Shown: positions 11,501-20,941 of the stretch, piece by piece | How positions within the stretch are numbered: position 1 is the first letter of the stretch | Layout: the number at the start of each line of letters is the position of its first letter | From: an uncultured virus (IMG/VR IMGVR_UViG_2740892251_000001) | Taxonomy: Duplodnaviria > Heunggongvirae > Uroviricota > Caudoviricetes | DNA: 64,000 nt | Strand: one strand, 5' to 3' | IMG/VR virus record: IMGVR_UViG_2740892251_000001 | Made by a program: the position numbers and the translations under genes | The notes under the pieces: generated by a model | Told to the model about the DNA's origin: nothing | The model's database searches: none | Seen by the model: only the letters and a program-made list of their open reading frames with translations

Positions 11501-11711
11501 GCCACGCGACACTCACACCAGGGACACTGACGACACCGGTATTATTGGTAATTGGCGTTTTATTCAATCTGAATGAGGAGAGGTGTTCCTGATCTACTGG
11601 GCCGTAAATTGGCCCCTCAGAAATAATGTCCAGAACGCGATAGAACTGCTTTGACGTGAGGTTGTCATTAATAAGTGTTGGCGTACTTCCGCCACCGCCG
11701 CCTGAACTCAT
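8571..11711 (-). CDS. Central tail fibre / host specificity protein J
   Basis: DIISEGPIYG, AWTNNPAWI, AFGCTSRGQARR, FN3-like domains, C-terminal GQTFINEAFI. Confidence 0.95.
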   Translation of the reverse strand: MSSGGGGGSTPTLINDNLTSKQFYRVLDIISEGPIYGPVDQEHLSSFRLNKTPITNNTGVVSVPGVSVAWRPGSATQLPINGFSAIDSTTIVNTDVTQATPLVRTVTDNNVTRVRLNVGVNALVEQDTQGNQRNTSVTMVIETRVGNGAFTPIKTVTITGKISGEYLEAHVIDAPETKPFDIRVRRVTPDSTSDLLNNGTAWNSYTEIIDDNLSYPYTAVCGAVIDRDQYTDTPNRTSHLRGIIVDVPDNYDPITRTYTGLWLGGFKSAWTNNPAWIFRMLVKNTRYGLARRAGYVDVDDGSLYVLSQFCDQKVENGFGGEEPRFTLNAYITEQKSARELLDDIAGMFRGIALWDGMRFSIMIDRPQDPVAVVTNASVVDGLFTYSAMKRSERYNAVVVSWTDPNNGWEQVKEYYSDDEMISSSGAYNETTIEAFGCTSRGQARRTAKWLVESAKLEKDKVTFRMARDAIGFIPGDIIELMDNNRAATRLGGRIVSHSGVVINVDADVSTLAGNGDTMSIMGANAKFTKYEIASVNGSTITLKVAPAWVRDGTTFAISTSEVATRLFRIMGISEDENNSIYSISATLHNPNKQAIVDEGAVFDVPSDTLNGYRVPNIENLRIINTNSETVQVSASWETATTTRKLVFELLVYTLDGAVFAQYETDQFRYDFFGIPAGTYSLGVRGRNDNGMKGAETQVSLLIGVPPMPSSVRWTPGIFSADVVPVMNITATTDTTFEFWWTGEIPASSATNIESEAQFLGRSTQWALNGLKSDTTYYVYVRTRNAFGVSEFVEASGVASSDIPGMIDYIDQAIKGSETFGQLSSDLDMNAEAIIENALANDADVHRWKKQNGDFRAEIFDIRQTVITELAATATIIEGVQSQVGENSAAIERRAETVVKVDGTGSAITTLKVGAEFNGVYKSAGMAIGVEFDGANWTSQVLFSANTFGVYNPSDNSYKLAFAIENGQTFINEAFINYASITLAKIGEWKSANFVSGQTGTRMAADGSFEMNGAVAGEGKLRLVNNRITVFNESDQIVVVIGKKLEV

Positions 11712-11720
11712 ATTTTCACC

Positions 11721-12248
11721 TTAGCTAATAGAGATGTTCCAGTCTTTGTTATTGCTGGTATCAATACCAAGTGACCCCACGTTTGACCCAACAACCATTT
11801 CACCCAACAGCAATGGAACAGGACGCCCCTGTCCGACTTTGTTTTCAGCGCTAGTGTATGAGTTGTTCGTTATCGAACCGCTTTGTGCTGATTCAGCCGA
11901 GGTCTTGGTTTTCATGTTCGAGGTCATATAGAGCGAATAGGCTACAGAGGCCACGGTAACGGCGACCATGATCCACGCTGCGGCCACAGCAGTTATTGCC
12001 CCCTCAACAACCGGAACAAACAAGACCGTCGCGCCATCCCTTAAGTGCCGATCCATATGGAAATTAAGCGTGTCACTGGAAACGTCATTACCATCAATCC
12101 GTATTCGAATTTTTGATTTATAGAAGTCACGTTTGAATTCAGGACATTGAGCGAGAAGAAGACGCAATCCCTGCGAGGTGGTATCAACTGTTAAAGTGAC
12201 CTGGCGGAAATGTCGGCGAAGATTCCCCGCAAATCTAAATATGAGCAT
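11721..12248 (-). CDS. Tail assembly protein I
   Basis: Ubiquitin-like N-terminus; GQGRPVPLLLGEMVVGS. Confidence 0.9.
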   Translation of the reverse strand: MLIFRFAGNLRRHFRQVTLTVDTTSQGLRLLLAQCPEFKRDFYKSKIRIRIDGNDVSSDTLNFHMDRHLRDGATVLFVPVVEGAITAVAAAWIMVAVTVASVAYSLYMTSNMKTKTSAESAQSGSITNNSYTSAENKVGQGRPVPLLLGEMVVGSNVGSLGIDTSNNKDWNISIS

Positions 12249-12919
12249 TGTTCATGCCTCCAGACAGAATGGGTAAGGCGTAGGTAAGCTGGCCGTAGTT
12301 GCTCTCGACGGCTTAGACGTCCGATGTTTTCATGATGAAGAATGGTGTTATCACCGAGATAAATCATGGCGTGGCAAGGGTCGGTTTCAGGGAATGCACG
12401 CCGGATAAGCACATCACCTGGCTGAATATCTTGCATCTCAATCGGATGAAATCTATTGGCTGGCATGTTCTTCAAGTAAAGGTTTTCGCCTCGAAGCCAC
12501 CAACCGTTAGTGCGTTCAAAATCAGGTAAGTCGATGCCGCATAAGTGGTAGGCATCACGAAATAGTGTGTAGCAGTCCATAACCCCATGAGCGAAGTTTC
12601 GCCCTAGCAAATATGCTACTGGCCTGAATTTTCGTAGCTGCCCTCCGCTCGCTAACCACCAATCGATACCGGTTGCCAGTTGGGCTGTCCGATCTGCGCC
12701 AGATAGCACTAACTTTTGTCCTGGGTGAGAATGAAAAACGGCGGTGATTTCTCCCGCCGCTTCAGCATTCAACCAGTCATCGTCACTTATCCTAAAATGT
12801 CGCTCAGGTATCGGATGCGCATTCCTGCACTTAACCAGACTCCTCCCATCAACTATCAGGCCGCAAACCTCATCACCAGACAAGGCCGCGAACTCAAGGC
12901 ATTCATTCTCAAGCATCAT
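12191..12919 (-). CDS. Tail assembly protein K (JAB + NlpC/P60)
   Basis: EVCG...FHSHP (JAB); DCYTLFRDAY...HAMIY (NlpC/P60). Confidence 0.92.
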   Translation of the reverse strand: MMLENECLEFAALSGDEVCGLIVDGRSLVKCRNAHPIPERHFRISDDDWLNAEAAGEITAVFHSHPGQKLVLSGADRTAQLATGIDWWLASGGQLRKFRPVAYLLGRNFAHGVMDCYTLFRDAYHLCGIDLPDFERTNGWWLRGENLYLKNMPANRFHPIEMQDIQPGDVLIRRAFPETDPCHAMIYLGDNTILHHENIGRLSRREQLRPAYLRLTHSVWRHEQCSYLDLRGIFADISARSL

Positions 12920-13620
12920 GACACCTTAGCTGAACCGGGGAAGCCGCCGAACGGCAGCGAGAAAGGTTTCGGATAGCGCTTACGGCACCCTGACGGATGC
13001 TTAGAACACTTATCTTTTGATGGGTCGGATGTCGGGATATCTTTATCATTAGCAACTGGCGGCCCAGAGTAACCACAGCCATCACCGCGATATATCCACT
13101 GGCAAACATCAGCCAGGATAGTACGCGCGGGAATAATGGCATTGTCGCAGTCAACCGGAGTGGCAAGGTTGTAAGTCACTGTCTCGAAAGTTTCCTCAAC
13201 CATTTCTTCAATCACGTAGCGGGAAACGGCTTCCATCGTGGTATCTGCATCTGGATTGCCACTAGGAAAATTAACTGCATCAAGATTTTGAACCAGAACC
13301 TGCCGCCGCGTTACGACCGCGCCCAATGCATCATCAAAATCGCTGTTAATACCGGTGATTAGGCCGGTGATATTCGCAACCTTCATGGTCGGGCGAGAAT
13401 ATGTACCTTCTGATTTAACCTCAAAGCCTTCAACAGCTATCGGATAAGCTGAGTATTGCCGCCCTTTCCAGATAACATCACCGTAATAACCGTTAGTTCC
13501 AGAGTGAAAGCGGATAACATCACCGCCGAATGACTGCAAATCAACCTCGAATAGGTCAATCATTGCACCAACGCCAGAGTCCACACTCTCAATTATTAAA
13601 TTGGCTGGTATATCGCGCAC
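12916..13620 (-). CDS. Minor tail protein L
   Basis: CQWIYRGDGCGY...DKCSK..GC..FGGFPG Fe-S cysteines. Confidence 0.93.
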   Translation of the reverse strand: MRDIPANLIIESVDSGVGAMIDLFEVDLQSFGGDVIRFHSGTNGYYGDVIWKGRQYSAYPIAVEGFEVKSEGTYSRPTMKVANITGLITGINSDFDDALGAVVTRRQVLVQNLDAVNFPSGNPDADTTMEAVSRYVIEEMVEETFETVTYNLATPVDCDNAIIPARTILADVCQWIYRGDGCGYSGPPVANDKDIPTSDPSKDKCSKHPSGCRKRYPKPFSLPFGGFPGSAKVS

Positions 13621-13747
13621 GACTAACTCCCATTTAAAAAGCCACCCAAAGGTGGCTACTGTCTGAATATCAGAGGTTATCTGAGTTGCATATGATAATG
13701 TTGGCCCCAGAGAACTTAGACATTTGCTGTCCGATAGAGGAACCTAG

Positions 13748-14302
13748 ATGTTTGGCTGGCGCAAAAACAAGTACGATAATAACTATATCAAGTCATTGCT
13801 TAATATTCCGACTCATCCTCCTGAATGGCATCCCAATGTTGAGATTGCTGTCGGAGGGTTAACAGAGGTGGGTTTTTCTCATCTACAAAATCACCTGTTG
13901 CTGGTCGTATCATCCTCGGGGCGGGGAGTATTCAACTGTATTACTGGCGAAAAGGTTGCCAGAGATTTTGAAGAATACGGGGACTGGTACGATCCAATAA
14001 ATTTAACCTGCAAAGGCATAGGGCCATTAGCAGGTGAGGATATTTCCATTGCTGGCCTATGTGGCGGCGGATTGCCAATGTGTAATCATTACGGTGAAAC
14101 ATTGATACGGGCGGCACCAGAATGGCCTATTGAGGTCTTAATCTGGTGTCCACCAAGTAAAGATGCATTATGCATAGGCCATCAGGAGGGATGTTTCAAA
14201 CTGGTTTCCGACCATTTCCGTTGCACGGGATTTTCGTGGGATGGTGATTTCATCATTTCCGCGACCAGTAGTGATATTACTATTTGGCATAGAAAACGAT
14301 AG
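13748..14302 (+). CDS. Hypothetical moron protein, antisense to the tail operon
   Basis: 184-aa ORF with RBS (GAGG) inserted between L and M; hairpin at ~13635..13658. Confidence 0.7.
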   Translation: MFGWRKNKYDNNYIKSLLNIPTHPPEWHPNVEIAVGGLTEVGFSHLQNHLLLVVSSSGRGVFNCITGEKVARDFEEYGDWYDPINLTCKGIGPLAGEDISIAGLCGGGLPMCNHYGETLIRAAPEWPIEVLIWCPPSKDALCIGHQEGCFKLVSDHFRCTGFSWDGDFIISATSSDITIWHRKR

Positions 14303-14315
14303 TTTCGCCAGAGCA

Positions 14316-14669
14316 CTACCGCGGAACTTGTTCAAATGTGGCGGCAAGTTCAAACAATATACCGGTCTTTGTCAAACTCCAGGAGCGACAGACAAACATC
14401 TTCTGCACCCCCGTATCAGGTGGTGTCCAGTAGAATGCCTCCACAGACATTCGATTTTTGATAAATGCCTCAGCAGCTTTCGCAGCGTTTGGACGGTTAC
14501 ATTTACTGTCATCAATCCCTTTAAATGTCAGCGAGTAGCTATCCATCAGCGGATTAATGCCTTTAACTTGCCGCTGTTCGTAACCATCGCCAAGTTTAAC
14601 GACGGCAACATTTGGCGCGCGGGAAGCCGTGAAGCCTTTTTGTGGGCTCCATGTGAATGTTTCTGGCAT
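14316..14669 (-). CDS. Minor tail protein M
   Basis: KLGDGYEQRQxxGIN, AFYWTPP, ATFEQV. Confidence 0.92.
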   Translation of the reverse strand: MPETFTWSPQKGFTASRAPNVAVVKLGDGYEQRQVKGINPLMDSYSLTFKGIDDSKCNRPNAAKAAEAFIKNRMSVEAFYWTPPDTGVQKMFVCRSWSLTKTGILFELAATFEQVPR

Positions 14670-14681
14670 GGGGTTTTCCTG

Positions 14682-17600
14682 TTACTTGCGGAGTAAGCCG
14701 TTTGGCCGCTGCTGGTCTTTAATGGTGTTAAGGCTGACTGTCTTCATCATTGCAGCCATTTTCTGCATTGTGGCGTCATCGATGCCGTTAGTCGTCTCGA
14801 TGTGGAAATGAATTTCCTGCTGAACAACTGTGCCAGCACCACCACTCCCACCCTGCATATCCTTATTGCTGATGACCTTGCCATTATCGCCGGGGATCAT
14901 GTATTGCTTGCCGGTTCCCGCCTGGTATATCTCAGGTGCACCGCCCTCACCGACTCGATACATTTCGCCTGCTGATACAGGGCCTCCGTTTTTACGCGCG
15001 CCAGCCATGGCCAGTCCCTTAGACGCTGCTAGCGCTGTGCCATAAGCAGTGGTACCGACCGTAGAAGCTCCGCCCATTGTCGCGATGGAGGCGCTCACTG
15101 CCGCTGGTGCCCATGCCGCCGCTGCTGCGGTTGCCTGTGCTGCTGTTGCAGCAAGAGCAGTAGTAGCCGCCGCCTGCCCCATAATCATATTTTTGACCTG
15201 CTGCATACCCATTTGGACTAATGCATTAACACCCTCTTGGATTATTGTTGCAGCAAGATTCTTCATAGCCTCTTCTGCTGACTGAGTACCCGTCAGAAGC
15301 CCAGTCAGCATATTGGTTGTGCGCTGACCTAAAGCATCAATGGAGCTCGCTAAATATTGGTTGGATTGGCTTTGGTTCCTCCAGATTTCCCACTGAGCAG
15401 CTAGTCGAGCTTGTTCATACTGGGTATTGGCGGCATTGCGAAGAGCTAGTGCCTGCTGCTCAGTTAGCGTTTTATCCTCTTCAAATTTTTGAATCAGTGC
15501 TAACTTTTGAGCGTTTTCATTAGCCAACGCCTGCACCGGGTCAACTAATGCGGCATTTTGCTGTTGTGGCATTACTGCGCTGGCGGCTGATGCCTCGGCA
15601 ATAGCTCTGGAGTAGTCAGCGGATATTTGAGCACGACGTTGCTGTGACTGTTCGAAAGATATATCACCTGCCGCGAGCTGTCGGTTTAACTGTGATAAAT
15701 CCAACTTACGTTGCTGCTCGGCCTTGGCGACACTATCAGCATCGATCGCAGCCTTTTTATCAGCCATGCGTTGTTGAATATCAAATATCTGACCGGCTTG
15801 TTGTGTGGCCTGCTGGATCTGCTGCTGAGACGCGCCTGAACCTAAGTCCTGAACAGCAGCAAGTTGCGCGGCTTCACGATTGAGTCCTTTTGTCTTTAAT
15901 TCAGCAACGGCCATTTCATTGCTTAAATCCTGCAATGATTTAACCCGGCGTTTCTCTGCTGCTTCGGCGGCGGTTTCTTCCTTCGTGACTGCGGCAGTTT
16001 CCTTTTTCAGCGCAGCCTGTGCAACTTGCTTATCATAAGCGGCACCAGCCTGTTCGCGGCCAATTCTGACAGTATTGTCATCAGCATTAATAGCTCGAAG
16101 TTCTTGCTCTGTTTTTAGTTGTGCGCGCTTACGTAAGTCTGTTTCAGCAAGCAATTCATTTTGTTGGTATAGGTCATCTAAAACCTTCTGTGCTTTTGGG
16201 TCTCGTTGAATGGATAAGCTAGTTGAGTTAAACCGCTCTTTGGCCCCACTAGCGACGTTAATTGCTTGTCCTAACTTATTCATCATTCCAGCGGCAACGC
16301 CCGCTTCCTGACCATCTCTTCTGAGGAGATCTATTCCTTCAAGCAAAGTTCCATTTAATGCAGCTCTGCCGATATTTACAGCGTTTTGTGTCTTATCTAC
16401 TCTATTTTGTGCAATTGAAAGTTCATTGGCTGCAATCGCAAGCCTGTCTTGAGCACCAGTTAACGCCTCTGCCGCTTGTCGTCCCGTTGTCGTATTTAAC
16501 CCGTAATCTTTTATTACTTTAGTGTAATTACTGACGCTATAAGCAGCGTTGTCATAGGCTTCTTGGGCCACTGCCAATGATTTATTTAATATTGGCATTG
16601 ATGAATTGAGTTTTGCTATTTCAGCACCAAGCTGAACGTTACTCATCTCTTTCATTTTTCCGACTAAAGCAGATACTCCGTCAGCAAGTTCATTAGCCTC
16701 TTTCTTGGCTTCCTGTGCTTTTTGGTAGAAATAGAATATTGCCCCGGCCGCTAATGTAGCTGCTCCAACAGGACCACCGACTAACGACAAAGCACCACGC
16801 AACAAGCCACCAGATATAGATGCCGCAGAGGCCGCCGCAGACGCTTGCTTTTGAGCCAAGGCGTTAGCAACAAGCGCCCGATTATAATTACCAGTAGCAG
16901 TTGCTGCCTCAAGGCGAGCAGCCGATAATCTCACTTCGGCTGCTGTCGAGTTTGCAGCATTGAATGCACTCGCCTTTTGCATCTGCGCGAGTGTTATCTC
17001 CTCAATTGCTCTGACTTTCGCTGACTGAGCCGCAATAAGGTTAGCTGCTGACTGATTAGCTGCGGCCTGTGCTGCAAGATTGTCAGCCAAAGCAGCTTGA
17101 CGCGCTGATGATGCTTTTTGCACCTGAGCCGCCGATGCTAATGTGAGTGCAGCAACGTAGCGAGAACCGATTATTCCTGCAACAACACCAATAACAGTAA
17201 CGATCGATTCAAGGTTTTCACTGAGTGAAATAACTGATGAATTAAATACATTCAATGTTGTATTGACTGAAGATGATTCACCAACAAATTTAGTAATGTT
17301 ATTAGAAGCAACGGTAAATGCCTGCCCCATAGTGAGAACGGTATTGCCGAACTCTTTGGCGATCGCATCGCTTTGCTTCAGCAGTCCATTAACAACAACG
17401 TCGGTTGTTAACTTACCTTCAGCCGCCATAGCGCGTAGCTGACCAACGGTAACGCCGAGTGAATCAGCCAAACCAACGGCCAACCGGCTGCCGTTCTCTG
17501 AAATAGAGTTAAACTCTTCCCCGCGCAGCACACCAGAAGCTAATGCTTGTGAAAGCTGGATCATGGTCGAGCTGGCTTCTTCGGCTGTTGCACCAGAAAC

Positions 17601-18050
17601 CACCAGCCCTTTGTTAATCGTGGTTGTTAATTTGGCTAGGTCTGCCGTACTGGTTCCCGCACTTCTCGTGGCCCTTTCCAATCGCCCGTATAACGTGGCG
17701 GTTGCCTCAAGACCAGCGCGTGTATCCTGAGAAATATCAAATACACGATTAGTTACGGTGAATAAATCTTCATTAGCCCTTACTGCGTTAACCAACTTAT
17801 TACTTACTGTTACCCATGCATTTCCGTATTCGGCAACCTGCTGGACTGACAACGCGGTTGCTAATGAGGTTGCCACACGACTTAACGAAAACATGGACTT
17901 TTCAGCGCGTTCAACTGACTTTGCAGTTGAATCAAATTTCCCTTCCATCTGATCAAGACGACTATTTACCTGTTGCTGTGACGTGATCAGCTTGCCTAAT
18001 TCCATGTCTACCTGATAGACAATCCCGCCCACATCTTTTCCATCAGACAT
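14682..18050 (-). CDS. Tail tape measure protein
   Basis: 1122 aa, Ala-rich; QLSQALASGVLRGEEFNSI; C-terminal GGPV..YRVGEGGAPE. Confidence 0.95.
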   Translation of the reverse strand: MSDGKDVGGIVYQVDMELGKLITSQQQVNSRLDQMEGKFDSTAKSVERAEKSMFSLSRVATSLATALSVQQVAEYGNAWVTVSNKLVNAVRANEDLFTVTNRVFDISQDTRAGLEATATLYGRLERATRSAGTSTADLAKLTTTINKGLVVSGATAEEASSTMIQLSQALASGVLRGEEFNSISENGSRLAVGLADSLGVTVGQLRAMAAEGKLTTDVVVNGLLKQSDAIAKEFGNTVLTMGQAFTVASNNITKFVGESSSVNTTLNVFNSSVISLSENLESIVTVIGVVAGIIGSRYVAALTLASAAQVQKASSARQAALADNLAAQAAANQSAANLIAAQSAKVRAIEEITLAQMQKASAFNAANSTAAEVRLSAARLEAATATGNYNRALVANALAQKQASAAASAASISGGLLRGALSLVGGPVGAATLAAGAIFYFYQKAQEAKKEANELADGVSALVGKMKEMSNVQLGAEIAKLNSSMPILNKSLAVAQEAYDNAAYSVSNYTKVIKDYGLNTTTGRQAAEALTGAQDRLAIAANELSIAQNRVDKTQNAVNIGRAALNGTLLEGIDLLRRDGQEAGVAAGMMNKLGQAINVASGAKERFNSTSLSIQRDPKAQKVLDDLYQQNELLAETDLRKRAQLKTEQELRAINADDNTVRIGREQAGAAYDKQVAQAALKKETAAVTKEETAAEAAEKRRVKSLQDLSNEMAVAELKTKGLNREAAQLAAVQDLGSGASQQQIQQATQQAGQIFDIQQRMADKKAAIDADSVAKAEQQRKLDLSQLNRQLAAGDISFEQSQQRRAQISADYSRAIAEASAASAVMPQQQNAALVDPVQALANENAQKLALIQKFEEDKTLTEQQALALRNAANTQYEQARLAAQWEIWRNQSQSNQYLASSIDALGQRTTNMLTGLLTGTQSAEEAMKNLAATIIQEGVNALVQMGMQQVKNMIMGQAAATTALAATAAQATAAAAAWAPAAVSASIATMGGASTVGTTAYGTALAASKGLAMAGARKNGGPVSAGEMYRVGEGGAPEIYQAGTGKQYMIPGDNGKVISNKDMQGGSGGAGTVVQQEIHFHIETTNGIDDATMQKMAAMMKTVSLNTIKDQQRPNGLLRK

Positions 18051-18732
18051 TCTTCGCTAACCTCGCCTTTTCTTGAGCAATTAAACGTTCCTGGAGGCGA
18101 TCATCAGCATCCATGATTTCATCGTATTCTTCGCGGGTGAATCCTTTATCTTCTGGGTACTTAGCTTTGAGCAGTAACTGAAACTCGGTCATCGTTAACT
18201 GCTCGGCTTCAGCGCGGGACATGTTGAAATGAATTCTGGCTGAGTTGATGTAATCCATTGCATTAAATTCGGTGCTGTAATCGTTGTTACCTTCATTCTT
18301 TTGTAGCTTTCTTATTTTGGCTTTGCCGATCACACCATGCTCAATTAATTCTTTAGCTATGGTAATTACTACTTCTTTAGAAATTTTACCCGGACGGTAA
18401 ACAATACAATTACGCCAGCCTTTGAACTCACCTATAAGCTCCGCTACTGGCATGTCGCAACAAGCCTCGATAACCCTTATAGCGGCAGCAAGAATATGAG
18501 CAGAGCATTGCTTGATAGCCTTACTTGGTATTAACGATGCTGGCAGGTTGGCATTTATTGCCGGAGTCAAAACCTGATTTAATTCAGAACCGTTCAACAC
18601 TGCGTATGTTTCGACAATCTCAGTGGCTGCACCGATTCTTGTCATATTCTTTAATGATGGACGGAAGAAATAATCTTGCTGACTCACAGTGTCAGACAGG
18701 AGCATTTCGCCAATATCAAGCATCGGTGTCAT
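18043..18732 (-). CDS. Tail assembly chaperone (DUF6246-like)
   Basis: DYFFRPSL..MTRIG, ARIHF...LTMTEFQ; directly upstream of the tape measure gene. Confidence 0.7.
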   Translation of the reverse strand: MTPMLDIGEMLLSDTVSQQDYFFRPSLKNMTRIGAATEIVETYAVLNGSELNQVLTPAINANLPASLIPSKAIKQCSAHILAAAIRVIEACCDMPVAELIGEFKGWRNCIVYRPGKISKEVVITIAKELIEHGVIGKAKIRKLQKNEGNNDYSTEFNAMDYINSARIHFNMSRAEAEQLTMTEFQLLLKAKYPEDKGFTREEYDEIMDADDRLQERLIAQEKARLAKNV

Positions 18733-18756
18733 GGGGAGTCCTGAAATTTAGGTAAT

Positions 18757-18781
18757 AAAAAAACCCACAGTTAAGTGGGTT
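18757..18781 (-). terminator. Intrinsic terminator
   Basis: CCCAC/GTGGG stem with a T7 tail on the minus strand. Confidence 0.7.
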
Positions 18782-18807
18782 GGGCTTTGGTCGTAGGACT
18801 TAACTAA

Positions 18808-18885
18808 TTAAGCAACTTCAGCGCCGTGGATCAGGTGGCGCAGAGCTTCTACCCCGTTAGCGTTGTAGCGGAACGCCTCAACTTG
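18808..18885 (-). pseudogene. C-terminal remnant of a phage antirepressor/Rha-type regulator
   Basis: Translates QVEAFRYNANGVEALRHLIHGAEVA*, a C-terminus I recall from phage antirepressor-like proteins; no 5' part. Confidence 0.55.
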
Positions 18886-19147
18886 CCCTGTCAGCTGGAT
18901 CCAAGAGGCGACAATAACTATCCAATTCACCGGTGTAATACCGACGCCGAAGGAGGTATTTCGTAATTCGTCAGGTGATTTTTATCGCTGCTCTTGTGAA
19001 TTGATCGATGATAATGGGAAAAGTTATACAACAAGTAATTATGGTTTTTGTAAGTTGCACTCACCACATAAAGAATTTAAGCGATTCACTGGTTAGGTAG
19101 AAAGAAAAATCCAATACGGATTCAACACAATAATAAGGGAAAAGAAT

Positions 19148-19333
19148 ATGGGCGAGTAGAACAAATCACTGTTTATAGTCATATGGATAATTACGTTCTT
19201 CCCATGCTACAGGATGGCAAGAAAAGCTGGGTTTGGGTGGCCTATGGCTATCTTGTTGTCCATTCCCGTTATCCACTACATAACACTATACTTCTTCGCT
19301 TTCAGAAAGTGGCCGACTTTGCCTAACGCATAA
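19148..19333 (+). pseudogene. Small 2-TM membrane protein interrupted by TAG at codon 4
   Basis: RBS AAGGGA; MGE*NKSLFIVIWIITFFPCYRMARKAGFGWPMAILLSIPVIHYITLYFFAFRKWPTLPNA*. Confidence 0.6.
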
Positions 19334-19354
19334 CAGAAAGCCAGCCTGAGTGGG

Positions 19355-19588
19355 CTAATCAGTCTTTGTGGTTCTTTTCTTATAGACGCTTCTTATTATT
19401 CCTAACGCTGTAAATACACCCCCAAGAAAGATTAAGAGAGCACCATAACGAATGTGATTTTCCCTTGCGGCTATCAGAAAAATGTTATCTACGCACTGCT
19501 GATCAATCAGTGCGCAAGTGGACATGTTATACGCTATTATTGACCATACAACCCCTGCAATCAATGCACCCAAACCCCAAGTCGTCAT
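19355..19588 (-). CDS. Small 2-TM membrane moron protein
   Basis: MTTWGLGALIAGVVWSII...ALLIFLGGVFTALGII; RBS AAGGA before ATG at 19588. Confidence 0.65.
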   Translation of the reverse strand: MTTWGLGALIAGVVWSIIAYNMSTCALIDQQCVDNIFLIAARENHIRYGALLIFLGGVFTALGIIRSVYKKRTTKTD

Positions 19589-19653
19589 ATCCAATCCTTT
19601 TATGGTCTTTCGAAATTTTAAATAAGCAAAAACCCGCCGGAGCGGGCTTGAAG

Positions 19654-20004
19654 TCAACTACCGTTGCGTTTTTTCGCAATATATTCCCCAATATTATTGG
19701 TTAGACTTTCACGAACTTTGACAATGGCTTGATCTCTTATGGTCGTTATAGCTTGCTTTTGATTATCGTCTAATTCTTCCCACTGAGATGCATCAGGGCC
19801 AATAGAATCATGATATTTATTCAATTCATCATCACAATGCCCAAACGCCTTTGAGGAAATATCTGCGGTAGGGGCTGATGTGCCGGCTTGCGTATCTGCA
19901 TAACTGAAGATGCATTTGCTCAAGCTTTCAGCTGTTTTTTCTAAATCACTCGCATTCGCCCCAAAACAAACTAAAAACACTAAACTAATTATTCTTAAGT
20001 TCAT
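19654..20004 (-). CDS. Secreted/periplasmic moron protein
   Basis: Signal peptide MNLRIISLVFLVCFGANA; Cys pair. Confidence 0.7.
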   Translation of the reverse strand: MNLRIISLVFLVCFGANASDLEKTAESLSKCIFSYADTQAGTSAPTADISSKAFGHCDDELNKYHDSIGPDASQWEELDDNQKQAITTIRDQAIVKVRESLTNNIGEYIAKKRNGS

Positions 20005-20064
20005 ATGCGCATCCAATCGACAAAACCGCCAAAATCCTACCACGACATTTTCTATAGCTACAAT

Positions 20065-20330
20065 TGCTATATAACAGAGAAAGGAATCGATTTCCTTCTA
20101 GATGATGGCGGGCTGAGTGCGATATTGAACGTTCAAACAGACTTACTCAAGACAGACACGACTTCGCAAAAGCGCTAAATCAAAAACCTATATTCGAAAA
20201 GCTCAAGCAAGAACTCACTGACGCCCTATTTGATTTACTTAAAGACATTAGTAAAACGTGGCTAACCAAACAAATAAAAGACAGGCTTGGCTTGATAGAT
20301 TCAGATATAGCTGAAGCTAGAACACAAAGA
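20065..20330 (+). pseudogene. Two fused gene remnants
   Basis: YITEKGIDFLLDDGGLSAILNVQT joined out of frame to RLTQDRHDFAKALNQKPIFEKLKQEL...IKDRLGL (DUF2513-like C-terminus); no starts. Confidence 0.45.
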
Positions 20331-20413
20331 CTCGCACTCGATGGGTTGTTTAGCGCACGGACGCGTTAGAAAGCAAAGCCCATTTCGGGTTTTGCTTGTG
20401 TAGGTACTATTAT

Positions 20414-20731
20414 TTACTCTTCAAGATACCTACCACTTATCTCATCCAATGCACAGGAAAGCATCTTAACTGCCCTGCATTGCCTGTCTTTCCCGGCACT
20501 TCTGTTGAATGGCGACTTACAAAACTGACTCATTTTCCCAGCCCAGTAAGCTTTAACTATTGAGGAGTCCACCAGCTTTATACATGCAGTATGTTCTTTC
20601 ACGGAATAACTACGAATACATGCTGCTTCTGATACCAGAGCTATCGCAGGTACTGGCATATTTTCATTTATCGGAGAGGAAACAGAAAACGCCGGACTTG
20701 ATATAAGTAAGATGCTTAGAAGTAATTTCAT
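20414..20731 (-). CDS. Secreted Cys-rich moron protein
   Basis: Signal peptide MKLLLSILLISSPAFS; five Cys. Confidence 0.7.
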   Translation of the reverse strand: MKLLLSILLISSPAFSVSSPINENMPVPAIALVSEAACIRSYSVKEHTACIKLVDSSIVKAYWAGKMSQFCKSPFNRSAGKDRQCRAVKMLSCALDEISGRYLEE

Positions 20732-20941
20732 GTTAATTCCTTGTGTAAAACATGTGAAATATAAAACTACCTCCTAATTAACTAAACTTCATATTAAGAA
20801 TATTCCGTGCAAATATTACGATGTAAAAAAAGTGTACGGTGAAGGAAACAAAAACCAACTGAGCGGTTGGTTTTTCAGTGTACGGACGCGCCAGAAAGCA
20901 AAAGACCCGCATTCAACGGGTCTAATTTTGCATCTGCGGCC

